Positions 7,846 through 17,469 of a stretch of DNA of 26,722 nucleotides are shown here, in pieces. Every line of letters begins with the position of its first letter. The first letter of the stretch is position 1. The DNA comes from a virus, in the IMG/VR virus record IMGVR_UViG_3300028584_001239. The stretch is one strand, 5' to 3'. The translations under genes and the position numbers were made by a program. Under the pieces are notes generated by a model. The model had not been told where the DNA came from and searched no databases. It saw only the letters and a program-made list of their open reading frames with translations.

Positions 7846-8301
7846 TTAGATGATTCGATAATTGAGCAAACGCTCTGTAATTTTGGAAGGGACGGTATCG
7901 AAAAAATTACCTTGATTGTTCAACTCGCCAGTAGCAACAATAAAATCACCTACGGCCAGTTTAACATTGCCCACTTTACGATGGGTCAGCATTTCAGTGA
8001 ATATATCCCAATAAGCATATTGAAAATCAAAGAATTTATTGATGTTAGGAAAAACGACAACCACTGGATGACCATCAAGTTTTGCCGCTGCTATATCTGC
8101 TTCAAACTTGTCCACATACCGCATATCATTGATGACAAAGACTCTAAAACCAGCTTGTTTGGCAATATCAACAATAAAGATAGGACTTCTAACACCTTGT
8201 TTAGTCCAGATGGCAAAGTTGCTATCGTAGGTTAAAAGGTTTTTAATGTCTTGAACCATTTCTGCTGTTGAGATAAGACGACTGTTAACTTGAACACTCA
8301 T
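7846..8301 (-). CDS. degenerate AAA+ core, paralog of 7236-7769
   Basis: Shares NFxxWxKQ, AGFxV, LTxxxxxxVxL and ATGxLNxxG with its neighbour; ATG 8301 chosen from the AGGTG RBS and paralog alignment (MSVQV vs MNTQV). Confidence 0.6.
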   Translation of the reverse strand: MSVQVNSRLISTAEMVQDIKNLLTYDSNFAIWTKQGVRSPIFIVDIAKQAGFRVFVINDMRYVDKFEADIAAAKLDGHPVVVVFPNINKFFDFQYAYWDIFTEMLTHRKVGNVKLAVGDFIVATGELNNQGNFFDTVPSKITERLLNYRII

Positions 8302-8333
8302 AGGGTACACCTACTTATTAGTTAAATGAGTCA

Positions 8334-8362
8334 AGTGTATCAAATATGAGCAATTAAGTCAA
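8334..8362 (-). promoter_or_regulatory. extended -10 promoter
   Basis: TTGACT-17 nt-TACACT preceded by TGA. Confidence 0.65.
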
Positions 8363-8397
8363 TCTAAGAATAGTTATCATTAATTTATGATGAAATA

Positions 8398-8421
8398 AGC
8401 CATATCGGTCAAAATATGGCT
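8398..8421 (-). terminator. possible terminator hairpin
   Basis: AGCCATAT-CGGTCAAA-ATATGGCT just downstream of the stop at 8441; weak T-tract. Confidence 0.45.
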
Positions 8422-8440
8422 AATGGTTATGAAAGTGTAA

Positions 8441-9283
8441 TTAAAGCTTAGCCATTGATTCGGCAATTGCAATCAATTCAGATTGCATACCAGCTACTTT
8501 GTTTTCTGCACATTTCTTGGCAAAAGACAAGGCTTCTTTTTCATCAACAAACAAGAAATAATTAAACACACCAAGATACCAATATTGACCAGTGAAACGG
8601 AACAATCTATCAGAGTCAAGCATGGTGCTCTCACCATTTGGGCCTTCAAAGTAATGGCTAAATCTAAAATCAAATTGATCAGCGAACTTATCATTACTAC
8701 TTGAACCACGATAGTCATAAATGGCAACTTCTTCTGGAATCAATGTCATCGGTGTTAACTTGATATTAGACAAGTCATTCAGGTTAAGCATGTAATAAGT
8801 TTTACCCAATTCTGGAATATGGGATGGCATATTGTATTCACCACTCAATAAAACAACATCAAACCTAGCTGTTTTATTTTTGAGTTCTTCAATGTCCTTT
8901 TTCAATTGAGCGACAATCGAAGAATGTTCTTTCAACTCATCAGTATCCTGAACACTCAGAAGTCCAAGTTTGGACATGAGTTTATGAAATTTCCATGAAA
9001 AGCTTGCTTCACGCTCTTCATATTGAGTCAATGCATCTCTTTTAATAACCTCTACAGTGTTACAGGCTGATTTGTAAGCATCTTCAAAGGTAGCATACTG
9101 ATGTGCCCATTCGTTGTGTTTGTCTTTCTCACCAATTTCTTCATGGATTGAAAGCTTGAAGTCAAAAGGGTTAAGTGTTTTTTTATCACGATTATGCTTA
9201 ACTGTGTAATGAGATCCATAGGTGTTGAGAATTTGACGAATATCAACTTTTACTGGAGTTTGAATGTTGTCGCTCTCTTTCAT
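8441..9283 (-). CDS. hypothetical protein, paralog family A (1 of 4)
   Basis: C-terminal FTGQYW...LFVDEKEALSFAK pattern shared with the next three genes; GAGGA RBS. Confidence 0.8.
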   Translation of the reverse strand: MKESDNIQTPVKVDIRQILNTYGSHYTVKHNRDKKTLNPFDFKLSIHEEIGEKDKHNEWAHQYATFEDAYKSACNTVEVIKRDALTQYEEREASFSWKFHKLMSKLGLLSVQDTDELKEHSSIVAQLKKDIEELKNKTARFDVVLLSGEYNMPSHIPELGKTYYMLNLNDLSNIKLTPMTLIPEEVAIYDYRGSSSNDKFADQFDFRFSHYFEGPNGESTMLDSDRLFRFTGQYWYLGVFNYFLFVDEKEALSFAKKCAENKVAGMQSELIAIAESMAKL

Positions 9284-9312
9284 GATGATATCCTCAAATA
9301 GTTAATGACTGC

Positions 9313-9341
9313 ATTATACAGGATTGTAACATGAAAGACAA
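9313..9341 (-). promoter_or_regulatory. sigma70-type promoter
   Basis: TTGTCT-17 nt-TATAAT. Confidence 0.7.
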
Positions 9342-9375
9342 GTTTAATCATCTCTCATGCCGAATTGAGTATCAA

Positions 9376-10119
9376 TTATGCAATGGTAGCCAGTTGGTCT
9401 TTGTAGAATTCAGCAACATGACTCTTTGCATCTTCTTCCGAAAGAAACAACATATCATCACCTAATTGGCTGCCCCATTTAATTCCATCAAATGTAAAAA
9501 GACTTAAAAAAGAATAATGTAATTTGAATTTTTTATCATTAACATCATAAAAATCATAACTGAAACAATGAGTGTATGGCGGGAAATGACTAGCTTTTTC
9601 AATAATACGTTGACCAACGTGAAGTTTTCGAATAACCAACCGACTTCTCACAAGCGATGGATAGTAATAATAATCCTGCTCACCAATTAAATACTTAGGA
9701 ACATTAATGTGTTCATCCAATTTTTTAATAGGAGTATGGGCCAATGGGTCAGCCAATAGTTGTTTATATTTTTCCTTAATCGTTTTCATTTCTTCGATAT
9801 TTCTTTTTAATTCAGGGGAAAAACCAAAGATGAAAAAAGGTTGTTTAAAAAGAGTGCTGATGCTCCATTTAATCTTGCTCAATCGTGCAGAATAATTATC
9901 CAACCGTTCTTTATAATAAAATTTAAGATAATGTTCAACATGTGACAACTTTTCAAATTTCTCAATGCAATCATAGTCATCATAATGTTTGCCAATACCT
10001 TCCTGCAGCTCGCAAGGTTCGCCATCATATCCTCTTTGCATGAGGGCTATATGAAATCCAAAATAATGTAAAAATTGATGCGAAGGAACGCTATTAACTG
10101 TCTGGATATTGGTAGTCAT
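9376..10119 (-). CDS. hypothetical protein, paralog family A (2 of 4)
   Basis: FDGIKW...LFLSEEDAKS C-terminal pattern; ATG 10119 chosen because of GAGGA at 10128-10132, and the track start overlaps a TATAAT box at 10150-10155. Confidence 0.75.
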   Translation of the reverse strand: MTTNIQTVNSVPSHQFLHYFGFHIALMQRGYDGEPCELQEGIGKHYDDYDCIEKFEKLSHVEHYLKFYYKERLDNYSARLSKIKWSISTLFKQPFFIFGFSPELKRNIEEMKTIKEKYKQLLADPLAHTPIKKLDEHINVPKYLIGEQDYYYYPSLVRSRLVIRKLHVGQRIIEKASHFPPYTHCFSYDFYDVNDKKFKLHYSFLSLFTFDGIKWGSQLGDDMLFLSEEDAKSHVAEFYKDQLATIA

Positions 10120-10150
10120 TTGAGTATTCCTCAGTTTTAGAATGATTTGA

Positions 10151-10915
10151 TTATACACTAATTGATGAAAAATTGTAAATGTTATGTTGAATCATTTTAA
10201 TCCTGTTATTCATCATTTCTTTAGCAAAATCCAAGCACTTTTCTTTATCCGTAAACACATATTGACCAACGGTATTAGTGGTGAAGTAATCTTCATCAAA
10301 GCTACCAAAATCACACCAATCAATAATAAAATGATGATTTTTGTCAACACTGTGCAAATCAACACGCATTTTGATTTCAGAAATATCACAATTCAGTCGA
10401 TTATAGGTTCCAACTTGGACAAAAGTTGCGGTTGTTTCGTAAATTACGCTTTCAGTATGAATGTTATCATTGGTTTCAAATACATAACATGTCTGATGGG
10501 GCCGAATAAAATGTTCAGGAACCAAAAATTTTTCTGAAAGTGGTTTAAACAGAGATTCAACGGTTGGAAGGTGCTTTAAGTCCTTCTTGCAATTTTCAAT
10601 TTCTTTGAGTTCTGATGAAATAGATTCCATCCAAGGTTCAGTTAATAATCCAAAAAAATGTCGAAGCAAAAGAATTCTATGGCTAATTTTTTTATTTTTT
10701 TCTTCAAAATCATCAACTTTCATTTTTTCCATATCTTGAATTTCTTTGACAATTGCTGAATAAGCTGCTTCTAATGAAGAACGTGTGTTCAAGAATGGAT
10801 TGGAGAATATCTCATTAACGCTGTGATTTTTCCAACTGTAGTCATAATTAACATGATAGGATATCCCAAAGATGTCACTCATAAATTTTTTATCAACAAC
10901 TGTCATTTTAGACAT
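10151..10915 (-). CDS. hypothetical protein, paralog family A (3 of 4)
   Basis: Close paralog of 10980-11807: MSKMxxVxKxF, LLLRHxxGLL, FIxPxQTCYVFE, GQxVFTDKxKC. Confidence 0.82.
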   Translation of the reverse strand: MSKMTVVDKKFMSDIFGISYHVNYDYSWKNHSVNEIFSNPFLNTRSSLEAAYSAIVKEIQDMEKMKVDDFEEKNKKISHRILLLRHFFGLLTEPWMESISSELKEIENCKKDLKHLPTVESLFKPLSEKFLVPEHFIRPHQTCYVFETNDNIHTESVIYETTATFVQVGTYNRLNCDISEIKMRVDLHSVDKNHHFIIDWCDFGSFDEDYFTTNTVGQYVFTDKEKCLDFAKEMMNNRIKMIQHNIYNFSSISV

Positions 10916-10941
10916 AGTAGACTCTCCATTGAATTTTCATT

Positions 10942-10970
10942 ATTATAGCACAATATAATAAAATTATAAA
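10942..10970 (-). promoter_or_regulatory. extended -10 promoter
   Basis: TGC-TATAAT with weak -35 TTTATA at 17 nt. Confidence 0.55.
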
Positions 10971-10979
10971 GAAAAACCC

Positions 10980-11807
10980 TTACACGGTAAGGGCATTCAT
11001 GTTGTTTTGCAATTTTTCAATGTCTTTGCTCAACATCTCTTTTGCAAAAGCAATACACTTATCTTTATCAGTGAACACAAATTGACCTGTGGTACCAGTT
11101 TTGAAGTAATCACCGTTGAAATCACTGAAATCAGACCAGCCGATATTAAAACGCTCACGCTCATTAATACCTTGCAAAGTGATGCTCATGTAAACCTTGT
11201 TATCTTCTTTTTTCTCACCTTTAACGGGGTTTACACCTACTTTAACAGCAGTCACTTCATGGATAGCACTTGAAAAGTGAATACTGTGAGCTTTTTCAAA
11301 CACATAACACGTTTGGTTTGGTTTGATGAACCCATCAACAATGTAATATTCATCTTCAAGTGAAACAAGAATATCTTTCAAATTAGGTGTAACTTTAACC
11401 AACTTTTTAAATTCTTCAACTTCATTCAGTTTACGAGTAATGGTCGCCATTCGTTTTTCTGGCAACAGACCAAGGGAATGACGAAGCAACAGAACCTTAT
11501 TGCCAAATTTAAGATTTTCAGTTTCAAATCGAGAAATTTTATCATTCAAGACAGACTTGTTTTTCGACAAAAGGTCGGCATAAGCAGATTGTGGGCTAGG
11601 ATGGTTATACCCATATGGCTGCTCAACCAGAGAAGTGTTAGGAACTTCTGGATCGTCTTCATCACAATCATCACTATTAAAGATATACGGTTGATCCAAC
11701 ACTTCCGAAATGTGGTGATCATGTCTGGAACAACTACCTTGGACAAGGTAGCTCAAACCAAAAACATCAGCAAGAAATCGTTTGTTAACAAGCATCATTT
11801 TAGACAT
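10980..11807 (-). CDS. hypothetical protein, paralog family A (4 of 4)
   Basis: Start moved to ATG 11807 (GGAG RBS, matches paralog MSKM); the track start at 11834 overlaps the -10 box. Confidence 0.82.
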   Translation of the reverse strand: MSKMMLVNKRFLADVFGLSYLVQGSCSRHDHHISEVLDQPYIFNSDDCDEDDPEVPNTSLVEQPYGYNHPSPQSAYADLLSKNKSVLNDKISRFETENLKFGNKVLLLRHSLGLLPEKRMATITRKLNEVEEFKKLVKVTPNLKDILVSLEDEYYIVDGFIKPNQTCYVFEKAHSIHFSSAIHEVTAVKVGVNPVKGEKKEDNKVYMSITLQGINERERFNIGWSDFSDFNGDYFKTGTTGQFVFTDKDKCIAFAKEMLSKDIEKLQNNMNALTV

Positions 11808-11832
11808 GTTGTGTTCTCCGTAGATTTTCAAC

Positions 11833-11861
11833 ATTATATCATAAGAGAACGAAAATTGAAA
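11833..11861 (-). promoter_or_regulatory. extended -10 promoter
   Basis: TTTCAA-17 nt-TATAAT preceded by TGA. Confidence 0.6.
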
Positions 11862-11864
11862 GGT

Positions 11865-12461
11865 TTACTCGTCTTTAGGGGCTTCGTAAATACCAAGTTT
11901 CCAATGTTTTCGGCAGACTGAGCGATATTTGCTTTCAGCACCCACATCAACAAGATTACCTGACTTTATGACATTACCGTGTTCATCATGACGAATAATC
12001 ATAGTAGCACGTTTAGCACACCAGCAGACATGCTTTAATTCTTCTATTTCATCAGCCAGTTCGATTAGGCGTTTAGCTGCACCAAAAAGTTCACCAAAAG
12101 CAGATAATTTTAAACCGTAACAAATCACAGGAACGTTAAGGAAGTCTACGATGTCTGAGAGTTGTTCTATTTGTAGGTCTGTGTAGAATTGGACTTCATC
12201 ACAAAGAACACAAGCAATAGGTTCACCTGATTCAATTCTTGATTTCACATGGTCAAATAAATTAAGGTCTTCGAATACTGCAACACTGTCAGCGGATACA
12301 CCCAGTCTTGATGCAATAACGTTTTCACCAAACCTATCATCTAATTTATGTGAAAATAAAACAGTTTTTTTACCTATGGATACATAGTTGTGATTTACTT
12401 GAAGTAGAGCCAAACTTTTACCAGAATTCATTACCGCGTGCCTAAAATACAATTTTGCCAT
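11865..12461 (-). CDS. tdk: thymidine kinase (type II)
   Basis: MAKLYF start, P-loop AVMNSGKS, Walker B LCDEVQF, ICYGL, and Zn ligands CWC...YRSVCRKHW. Confidence 0.95.
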   Translation of the reverse strand: MAKLYFRHAVMNSGKSLALLQVNHNYVSIGKKTVLFSHKLDDRFGENVIASRLGVSADSVAVFEDLNLFDHVKSRIESGEPIACVLCDEVQFYTDLQIEQLSDIVDFLNVPVICYGLKLSAFGELFGAAKRLIELADEIEELKHVCWCAKRATMIIRHDEHGNVIKSGNLVDVGAESKYRSVCRKHWKLGIYEAPKDE

Positions 12462-12492
12462 TATAAGTTCCTTCTATTAACTAATAAAAAAC

Positions 12493-12520
12493 ATTGTACC
12501 ATAAGCTTTTTTTCATTCAA
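12493..12520 (-). promoter_or_regulatory. extended -10 promoter
   Basis: TTGAAT-16 nt-TACAAT preceded by TGG. Confidence 0.55.
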
Positions 12521-12551
12521 TTCCAAAAATAAGTTTTTTCAAAAAAAAAGT

Positions 12552-12578
12552 AAAAAAAAGGAGCCGAAGCTCCTTTTT
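12552..12578 (-). terminator. intrinsic terminator with UUCG tetraloop
   Basis: Plus strand AAAAAGGAGC-CGAA-GCTCCTTTTT. Confidence 0.8.
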
Positions 12579-12589
12579 GTGTCATTAAA

Positions 12590-13048
12590 TTATTCTTTTT
12601 CAATGACGATAGGTGGTGGCATGGCAGCAAAACGAACCTTTAGTTTTTCAATACGTCTTGAACTGATAATGTTCGCTAAAATAATCAAATCAAATGCAAC
12701 AATAGTGCTCAATCCAATAAAATAGACATCATTTTGGTTGAATGACCAAATATAATAGTAGATAAAATAAACAATAGTGTTTCTAAGGACAAAGCTTACA
12801 CGGTGTTCATAAGTTGACAGAATGTATTTCAAAAAATGATAATTAAGCACTGCTTTCTCACGCCACATCATGTAAAAATGCGGTAGACAAAATACAATAA
12901 AGGCAGAACCAATAAACGTCGCCAAAAAATTAGACAATGCTGGATATTTTACATGAAACATATAAGCGACAGCCGCAAGAGAAATAAAAATAAGATCAGT
13001 GATATTACTTATTTTCTCAGTCTTTTCGTCTTCAATATGGTCGCTCAT
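12590..13048 (-). CDS. hypothetical membrane protein (about 4 hydrophobic segments)
   Basis: Hydrophobic stretches; ATGA overlap with the upstream stop at 13045-13048. Confidence 0.8.
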   Translation of the reverse strand: MSDHIEDEKTEKISNITDLIFISLAAVAYMFHVKYPALSNFLATFIGSAFIVFCLPHFYMMWREKAVLNYHFLKYILSTYEHRVSFVLRNTIVYFIYYYIWSFNQNDVYFIGLSTIVAFDLIILANIISSRRIEKLKVRFAAMPPPIVIEKE

Positions 13049-13560
13049 TTTATGTATCTCTCCAATACTTTTGTCAATTCTTCAATTTTAATATACTTAT
13101 ACTGATAATAGACATCATCGGTATAGTAATCATGCACTTCATAATAACCATAGTTAGTAATGGCATTAATTTCTTTAATCATTTTTAAAGCGTCAACATA
13201 CAATATTTCAGGAAAATTCTTTGTAATGATTTTCTCAATATGTGGAAGATGAACGCCTTCTTCACCACCACCATGATAAGGTTTGAACTCACCACATTCC
13301 TGAACAATATACAAGTAAGAATCATTCACAATAGACATATAGGTTTCAAGGTCATCTTTTTCAAGGTGACGTGGAACACTTTCACGACCACGCTCATCAA
13401 TATGCACAATAACTTTAAGATGACTCAAGAAAAGCCCACAGAAAATATCATCATTGCAATAGCTTGCAATAACATCTTTCTCAAATTTATCATCACGCTT
13501 CTCATAGTAACCATTAAAAAAGCAGGCTAAACGAGAAAGATTTCCATGAATATCGGTCAT
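13045..13560 (-). CDS. hypothetical protein
   Basis: 171 aa ORF with own promoter, coupled to the downstream membrane protein gene. Confidence 0.8.
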   Translation of the reverse strand: MTDIHGNLSRLACFFNGYYEKRDDKFEKDVIASYCNDDIFCGLFLSHLKVIVHIDERGRESVPRHLEKDDLETYMSIVNDSYLYIVQECGEFKPYHGGGEEGVHLPHIEKIITKNFPEILYVDALKMIKEINAITNYGYYEVHDYYTDDVYYQYKYIKIEELTKVLERYIK

Positions 13561-13589
13561 ATTTTATGAACTCTGTTGATTGAATAGGG

Positions 13590-13652
13590 ATTATATCATA
13601 CGGTTGAGATGCAGTCAATTAAGTTGATATTTTTGAGATAATGTGATAATAT
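13590..13652. promoter_or_regulatory. back-to-back divergent promoters
   Basis: Minus: TTGACT-17-TATAAT (13590-13618). Plus: TTGATA-17-TAATAT (13624-13652). Both have TGA before the -10. Confidence 0.7.
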
Positions 13653-13685
13653 AGACAAAATTTTATTCTGTATTTGGAGATCTTA

Positions 13686-14294
13686 ATGAGCACAAGAGCT
13701 AGAAAGATTAAAGATCATGGGGCATTCAAAAAGATGATGGAAAAATGGTATGAAAATATCAACATCGTGAATGATCACCTGATGAATGACGACAATAATA
13801 AAGCTTTAATAGCCATTGCTATTTTTGAATCCGTTTATGAATCAAAAAGATTATTCAATAAATGTGTGTTTGATTTGTTAAACCTATTAGATAGTGGGGG
13901 TATTGACCATATTATCAATGAAGCCGCAAATAATAAAACTTCTTGTCAAAATCTAGGAAATATTTTGAATGACAAGCTTATTGACGAAACCATTCAAATT
14001 ATAGCCTTGCTGATACAAATTGAACTCCCTATCAACAAAGGGTTGGCTAAACAATGCACGGGTGTAAAATATTCAGACGATGTTGTCGTTATTGAATGTG
14101 GTATACATAAAGTCACCTTATTAAAATATGAAGATAAATTTAGATTACTGCATATTTACAATAAAGATAAAAAGAGAACAACCTGTTTTAGAAACTATTT
14201 TTTCGATACATCCGAAGAAATTTTTACTTACATGAATAACATTGATGAATACTCTGAGTTCACAACAGATGTATTAGAGATGATTAAATTTTAA
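13686..14294 (+). CDS. hypothetical protein with C-terminal LEMIKF tail
   Basis: ATG 13686 follows GGAG at 13676-13679; ends TDVLEMIKF. Confidence 0.78.
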   Translation: MSTRARKIKDHGAFKKMMEKWYENINIVNDHLMNDDNNKALIAIAIFESVYESKRLFNKCVFDLLNLLDSGGIDHIINEAANNKTSCQNLGNILNDKLIDETIQIIALLIQIELPINKGLAKQCTGVKYSDDVVVIECGIHKVTLLKYEDKFRLLHIYNKDKKRTTCFRNYFFDTSEEIFTYMNNIDEYSEFTTDVLEMIKF

Positions 14295-14315
14295 CCAACA
14301 TTAAAGGATGACATA

Positions 14316-14852
14316 ATGCTAGATTACAGTTACCGAAGAAATAAAAGCTTGCTGACTTATTTTGAAGTATTGAAACTCTTCGGTATCAATATGAAAGCAG
14401 AATGGTCATTCATGAAAATGATAACCAGTCACCCTATGTCACCCAAATCATTACGTTATGACGATCTCGTTAAGCTGTCTGATAAAACATACAATATTAT
14501 GGACAATAGAGAGCTAAGAAAATATCTAGACATGACAACACCCGAAAAACATGAAAAACTTATGCAGTCATTATTAAAACATCGGGCACATGATTTTGTT
14601 TATGATGGATTAAAGATAAAAATGAATACTGCTATTATCATCATTGAATATGAAAACGGCGATAAAATGTATTATAAATTGACTGAAATTAATACTATAC
14701 GTTATTTGGGTGGGTTCATAGAACGGAAAAAGAACAAAGGTAAGTTAACGTTTAAACGAGCCAGTGATTTTGAAATCTTCATTTCAAACTACAAATTGAA
14801 TTATAAACTGGATAACAAACGATTTAATGAAATATTGTCGATATTGAGGTAG
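14316..14852 (+). CDS. hypothetical basic protein
   Basis: AAGGA RBS; co-oriented and closely spaced with the following array. Confidence 0.75.
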   Translation: MLDYSYRRNKSLLTYFEVLKLFGINMKAEWSFMKMITSHPMSPKSLRYDDLVKLSDKTYNIMDNRELRKYLDMTTPEKHEKLMQSLLKHRAHDFVYDGLKIKMNTAIIIIEYENGDKMYYKLTEINTIRYLGGFIERKKNKGKLTFKRASDFEIFISNYKLNYKLDNKRFNEILSILR

Positions 14853-14854
14853 TT

Positions 14855-15487
14855 ATGTACAAACATGAATTTATTACTATTAAAAATAAAATGGATATTT
14901 GTAAGTTTTATGACAGTAAGCAGTATTATGATATATTCTTAGTTAATAAAAAAGACAACGACTGCACAATTGGTAGATTGTTGGTGACGGTTTTCTGCGA
15001 ATTAGAAAATCAAAATAAATACCCAGAAAGTACAGAGTTAAATGACCTAATAAAATTCGTCAATGAAAATCCAGAAGCAAAAAAATTAAATAATTATATA
15101 CACAACATACCCGGATATGATAAAAGTCTTTATTATAATCAACCACAAACAACGTATTGTCAGCACCGTATTGCAATGCTTGAACTAAATGAAATTGAAC
15201 ATAGAAGCAACAAATTTAGTCAATATCAACCTTACTGGAAACTTGATAATATCCTTTCTTTACACATTGAAGAAGATAGAGATGGTAGTTATTTAAATGT
15301 TAATTCTAATGGCGTCCTTTTAAAAGTGGAACACTTACATCACTTTACAAAAAGATCATTTAAAATCAATGGAATCATGTTTGAAGATATTGAGATTAAT
15401 GAGTTAATCAATCTCATTAATTATGCTACTGTTGTCAAAGAATTAAATTTAAAAAACATACAAGTCGCCTATAACTTTTTAAGATAA
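14855..15487 (+). CDS. paralog family B (1 of 5), DotL/IcmO all-alpha-domain-like N-terminal half
   Basis: GRLLVTVFCEL...KYP...LNNYIHNIPGYDK...Q...QHRIAM; family C-terminus ELINLINY...VK.LN..N.Q.AY.FLR. Confidence 0.7.
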   Translation: MYKHEFITIKNKMDICKFYDSKQYYDIFLVNKKDNDCTIGRLLVTVFCELENQNKYPESTELNDLIKFVNENPEAKKLNNYIHNIPGYDKSLYYNQPQTTYCQHRIAMLELNEIEHRSNKFSQYQPYWKLDNILSLHIEEDRDGSYLNVNSNGVLLKVEHLHHFTKRSFKINGIMFEDIEINELINLINYATVVKELNLKNIQVAYNFLR

Positions 15488-15500
15488 TAAGGATAAAGTA

Positions 15501-16154
15501 ATGATGTTATTTGAAAAGTATATAAAAATAAAAAACTTAATGAGAGTCCATCAACTCTATCAGATAAGTTTTCAAGACAGAACATTTATAAATGATGAAG
15601 GTAGTATTGATGATAGAGATTTACCAAGTGAAAAATTGTTGTCTGCAATGTGTGAGTTAGAAAAAGAAGGTAAGTATCCTAAAAGCAGCGAGTTATTAGA
15701 TATTATAGAATTTATTGAAAACAATCCAGAAGCAATAGAATTAAAAATATATTTAAAAAATCTTGATAGTTATGACGTATCATTAAAAAAGAACCAAAAA
15801 ATGAAAACAAGGCTACATCATCAAATAAATTCTGATGGGCTGCACCATCTTCCAGAGAAAAAATCAAGTGACATCTATAAAAATTGCTGTATTGATTTAA
15901 GTGGTGAGTATATTATTAGTTGGTGTGAAAAAGGTATTACACTCAATATTAATATAGATGGTTTCAAGATAAAAGCAGAGATGAAGTATAAATTACCAGA
16001 AGACACCTACATCATCAATAATGTAGTGTTTGAAAATCTAAAATTAAATGAACTCATCAATGTAATAACGTATTCAAAATATGTAAAAGATTTAAACTTA
16101 CAAAATATAAAAGTTGCTTATTATCTGCTAAACGATTCAATTGTAAAAGGATAA
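15501..16154 (+). CDS. paralog family B (2 of 5)
   Basis: FEKYIKIKNL, LLSAMCEL, KYP, YLKNLDSY, ELINVITY. Confidence 0.75.
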   Translation: MMLFEKYIKIKNLMRVHQLYQISFQDRTFINDEGSIDDRDLPSEKLLSAMCELEKEGKYPKSSELLDIIEFIENNPEAIELKIYLKNLDSYDVSLKKNQKMKTRLHHQINSDGLHHLPEKKSSDIYKNCCIDLSGEYIISWCEKGITLNINIDGFKIKAEMKYKLPEDTYIINNVVFENLKLNELINVITYSKYVKDLNLQNIKVAYYLLNDSIVKG

Positions 16155-16162
16155 ATATAATC

Positions 16163-16789
16163 ATGTTATTTGAAAAATACATCAAAATTAAAAATTTAAT
16201 GAGATTGTTTCAGATCTACGAAAAACCTTTTGTCGATGAGAAATCGGTAGGAAGTATAAGGTATGAAGGAAGTGAAAGACTCTTAATGGCGATGTGCGAG
16301 TTAGAGGCCACTGGTAAATATCCTATCAGTTCAAAACTAAGTGATCTGACCAAATTTTCAAATGAAAATTATGAGGCAAGATTATTAAACGAATATTTAA
16401 TAAGCATCCCCAGATATAATAAAAAACTAACAAAACAATGTATAGAAACATTATCCTATCATAGTCTTCACAGTGATGGGCTACATCGGTTGCCAAAATG
16501 TTACATGGGAGACATTTATGGAAATTGTCATCCTGATTTTAATGCTGACTATATACTTAGAGATGAAATAACCAGTGATTTTTTGGATGTTAATTTACAA
16601 GGATTTAAAGTGACTGTAGAAAGAGATTATGCATTAGACGAAAAGACGTTCATTATCAATGGTGTTGTCTTTGAAGATTTAAAATTCTCTGAGATGATAA
16701 ATGTTATTACCTATGCTAGATTTGTTAAAAAGCTTAACTTACAAAATACACAAGCAGCCTTCTTTTTTTTCAACAGTGAGAGAAACTAA
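16163..16789 (+). CDS. paralog family B (3 of 5)
   Basis: FEKYIKIKNL, LLMAMCEL, KYP, YLISIPRYNK, EMINVITY. Confidence 0.75.
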   Translation: MLFEKYIKIKNLMRLFQIYEKPFVDEKSVGSIRYEGSERLLMAMCELEATGKYPISSKLSDLTKFSNENYEARLLNEYLISIPRYNKKLTKQCIETLSYHSLHSDGLHRLPKCYMGDIYGNCHPDFNADYILRDEITSDFLDVNLQGFKVTVERDYALDEKTFIINGVVFEDLKFSEMINVITYARFVKKLNLQNTQAAFFFFNSERN

Positions 16790-16791
16790 CC

Positions 16792-17403
16792 ATGCTATAT
16801 AAAGAGTATATAAAAATAAAACATTTAATCATGATTCATGACTGTTATGGAAAATCGTTAATTTGTGCTGATCACGATGTTATGTGGGAATCAAGGGCAT
16901 TTTTGTTATTAGATTCTATGTGTGAGCTTGGTAATAATTGCAAATATCCTGAAAGTGCGTCTTTGGATTCAGTTCTTAAATTTATAAAAGAAAATCCAGA
17001 AGCTTATATGTTAAGAAAATATATTGATCATTTTATCTCCAATTATAAAGAAGGTGTAAAACCAACCATTAAAGATTATGAAATACATGGTTTCATTCTT
17101 CATTGTTTAGATGATTTCAGACATAGAAACCAATCCAATTTGGGTGGTGTGTATTTCAACGATTCTTTAATTGAAATGAACTTAAAAAATATTAATAATG
17201 GTTTGCAATTAAATATAAAGACAGGAAAATTAATTATTAAAATTGAAAAAAACTCTGTTAATTATCCTCATAGTTTCATGGTCAATAACCGTAAAGTGGC
17301 AGATATAAAAATTGAAGAACTCATTAATTTGATTAATTATGGTAATATTGTAAAAAATCCTACTGTTGTTAATACAGAAGCTGCCTGCTATTTTTTACGG
17401 TAA
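16792..17403 (+). CDS. paralog family B (4 of 5)
   Basis: MWESRAFLLLDSMCEL, KYP, EIHGFI, ELINLINY. Confidence 0.75.
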   Translation: MLYKEYIKIKHLIMIHDCYGKSLICADHDVMWESRAFLLLDSMCELGNNCKYPESASLDSVLKFIKENPEAYMLRKYIDHFISNYKEGVKPTIKDYEIHGFILHCLDDFRHRNQSNLGGVYFNDSLIEMNLKNINNGLQLNIKTGKLIIKIEKNSVNYPHSFMVNNRKVADIKIEELINLINYGNIVKNPTVVNTEAACYFLR

Positions 17404-17469
17404 TATAAACAACAAGTATTGATAATTGTCATTCTAATGTTAGCATACTGTAAAAGAGGGTGTTAACTG

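Noticed and set aside
6720-12725. Plus-strand shadow ORFs (6720, 7191, 7449, 7912, 8483, 9707, 10184, 11007, 11478, 12438)
   Set aside because: Antisense to well-supported genes, with no expression signals and biased composition.
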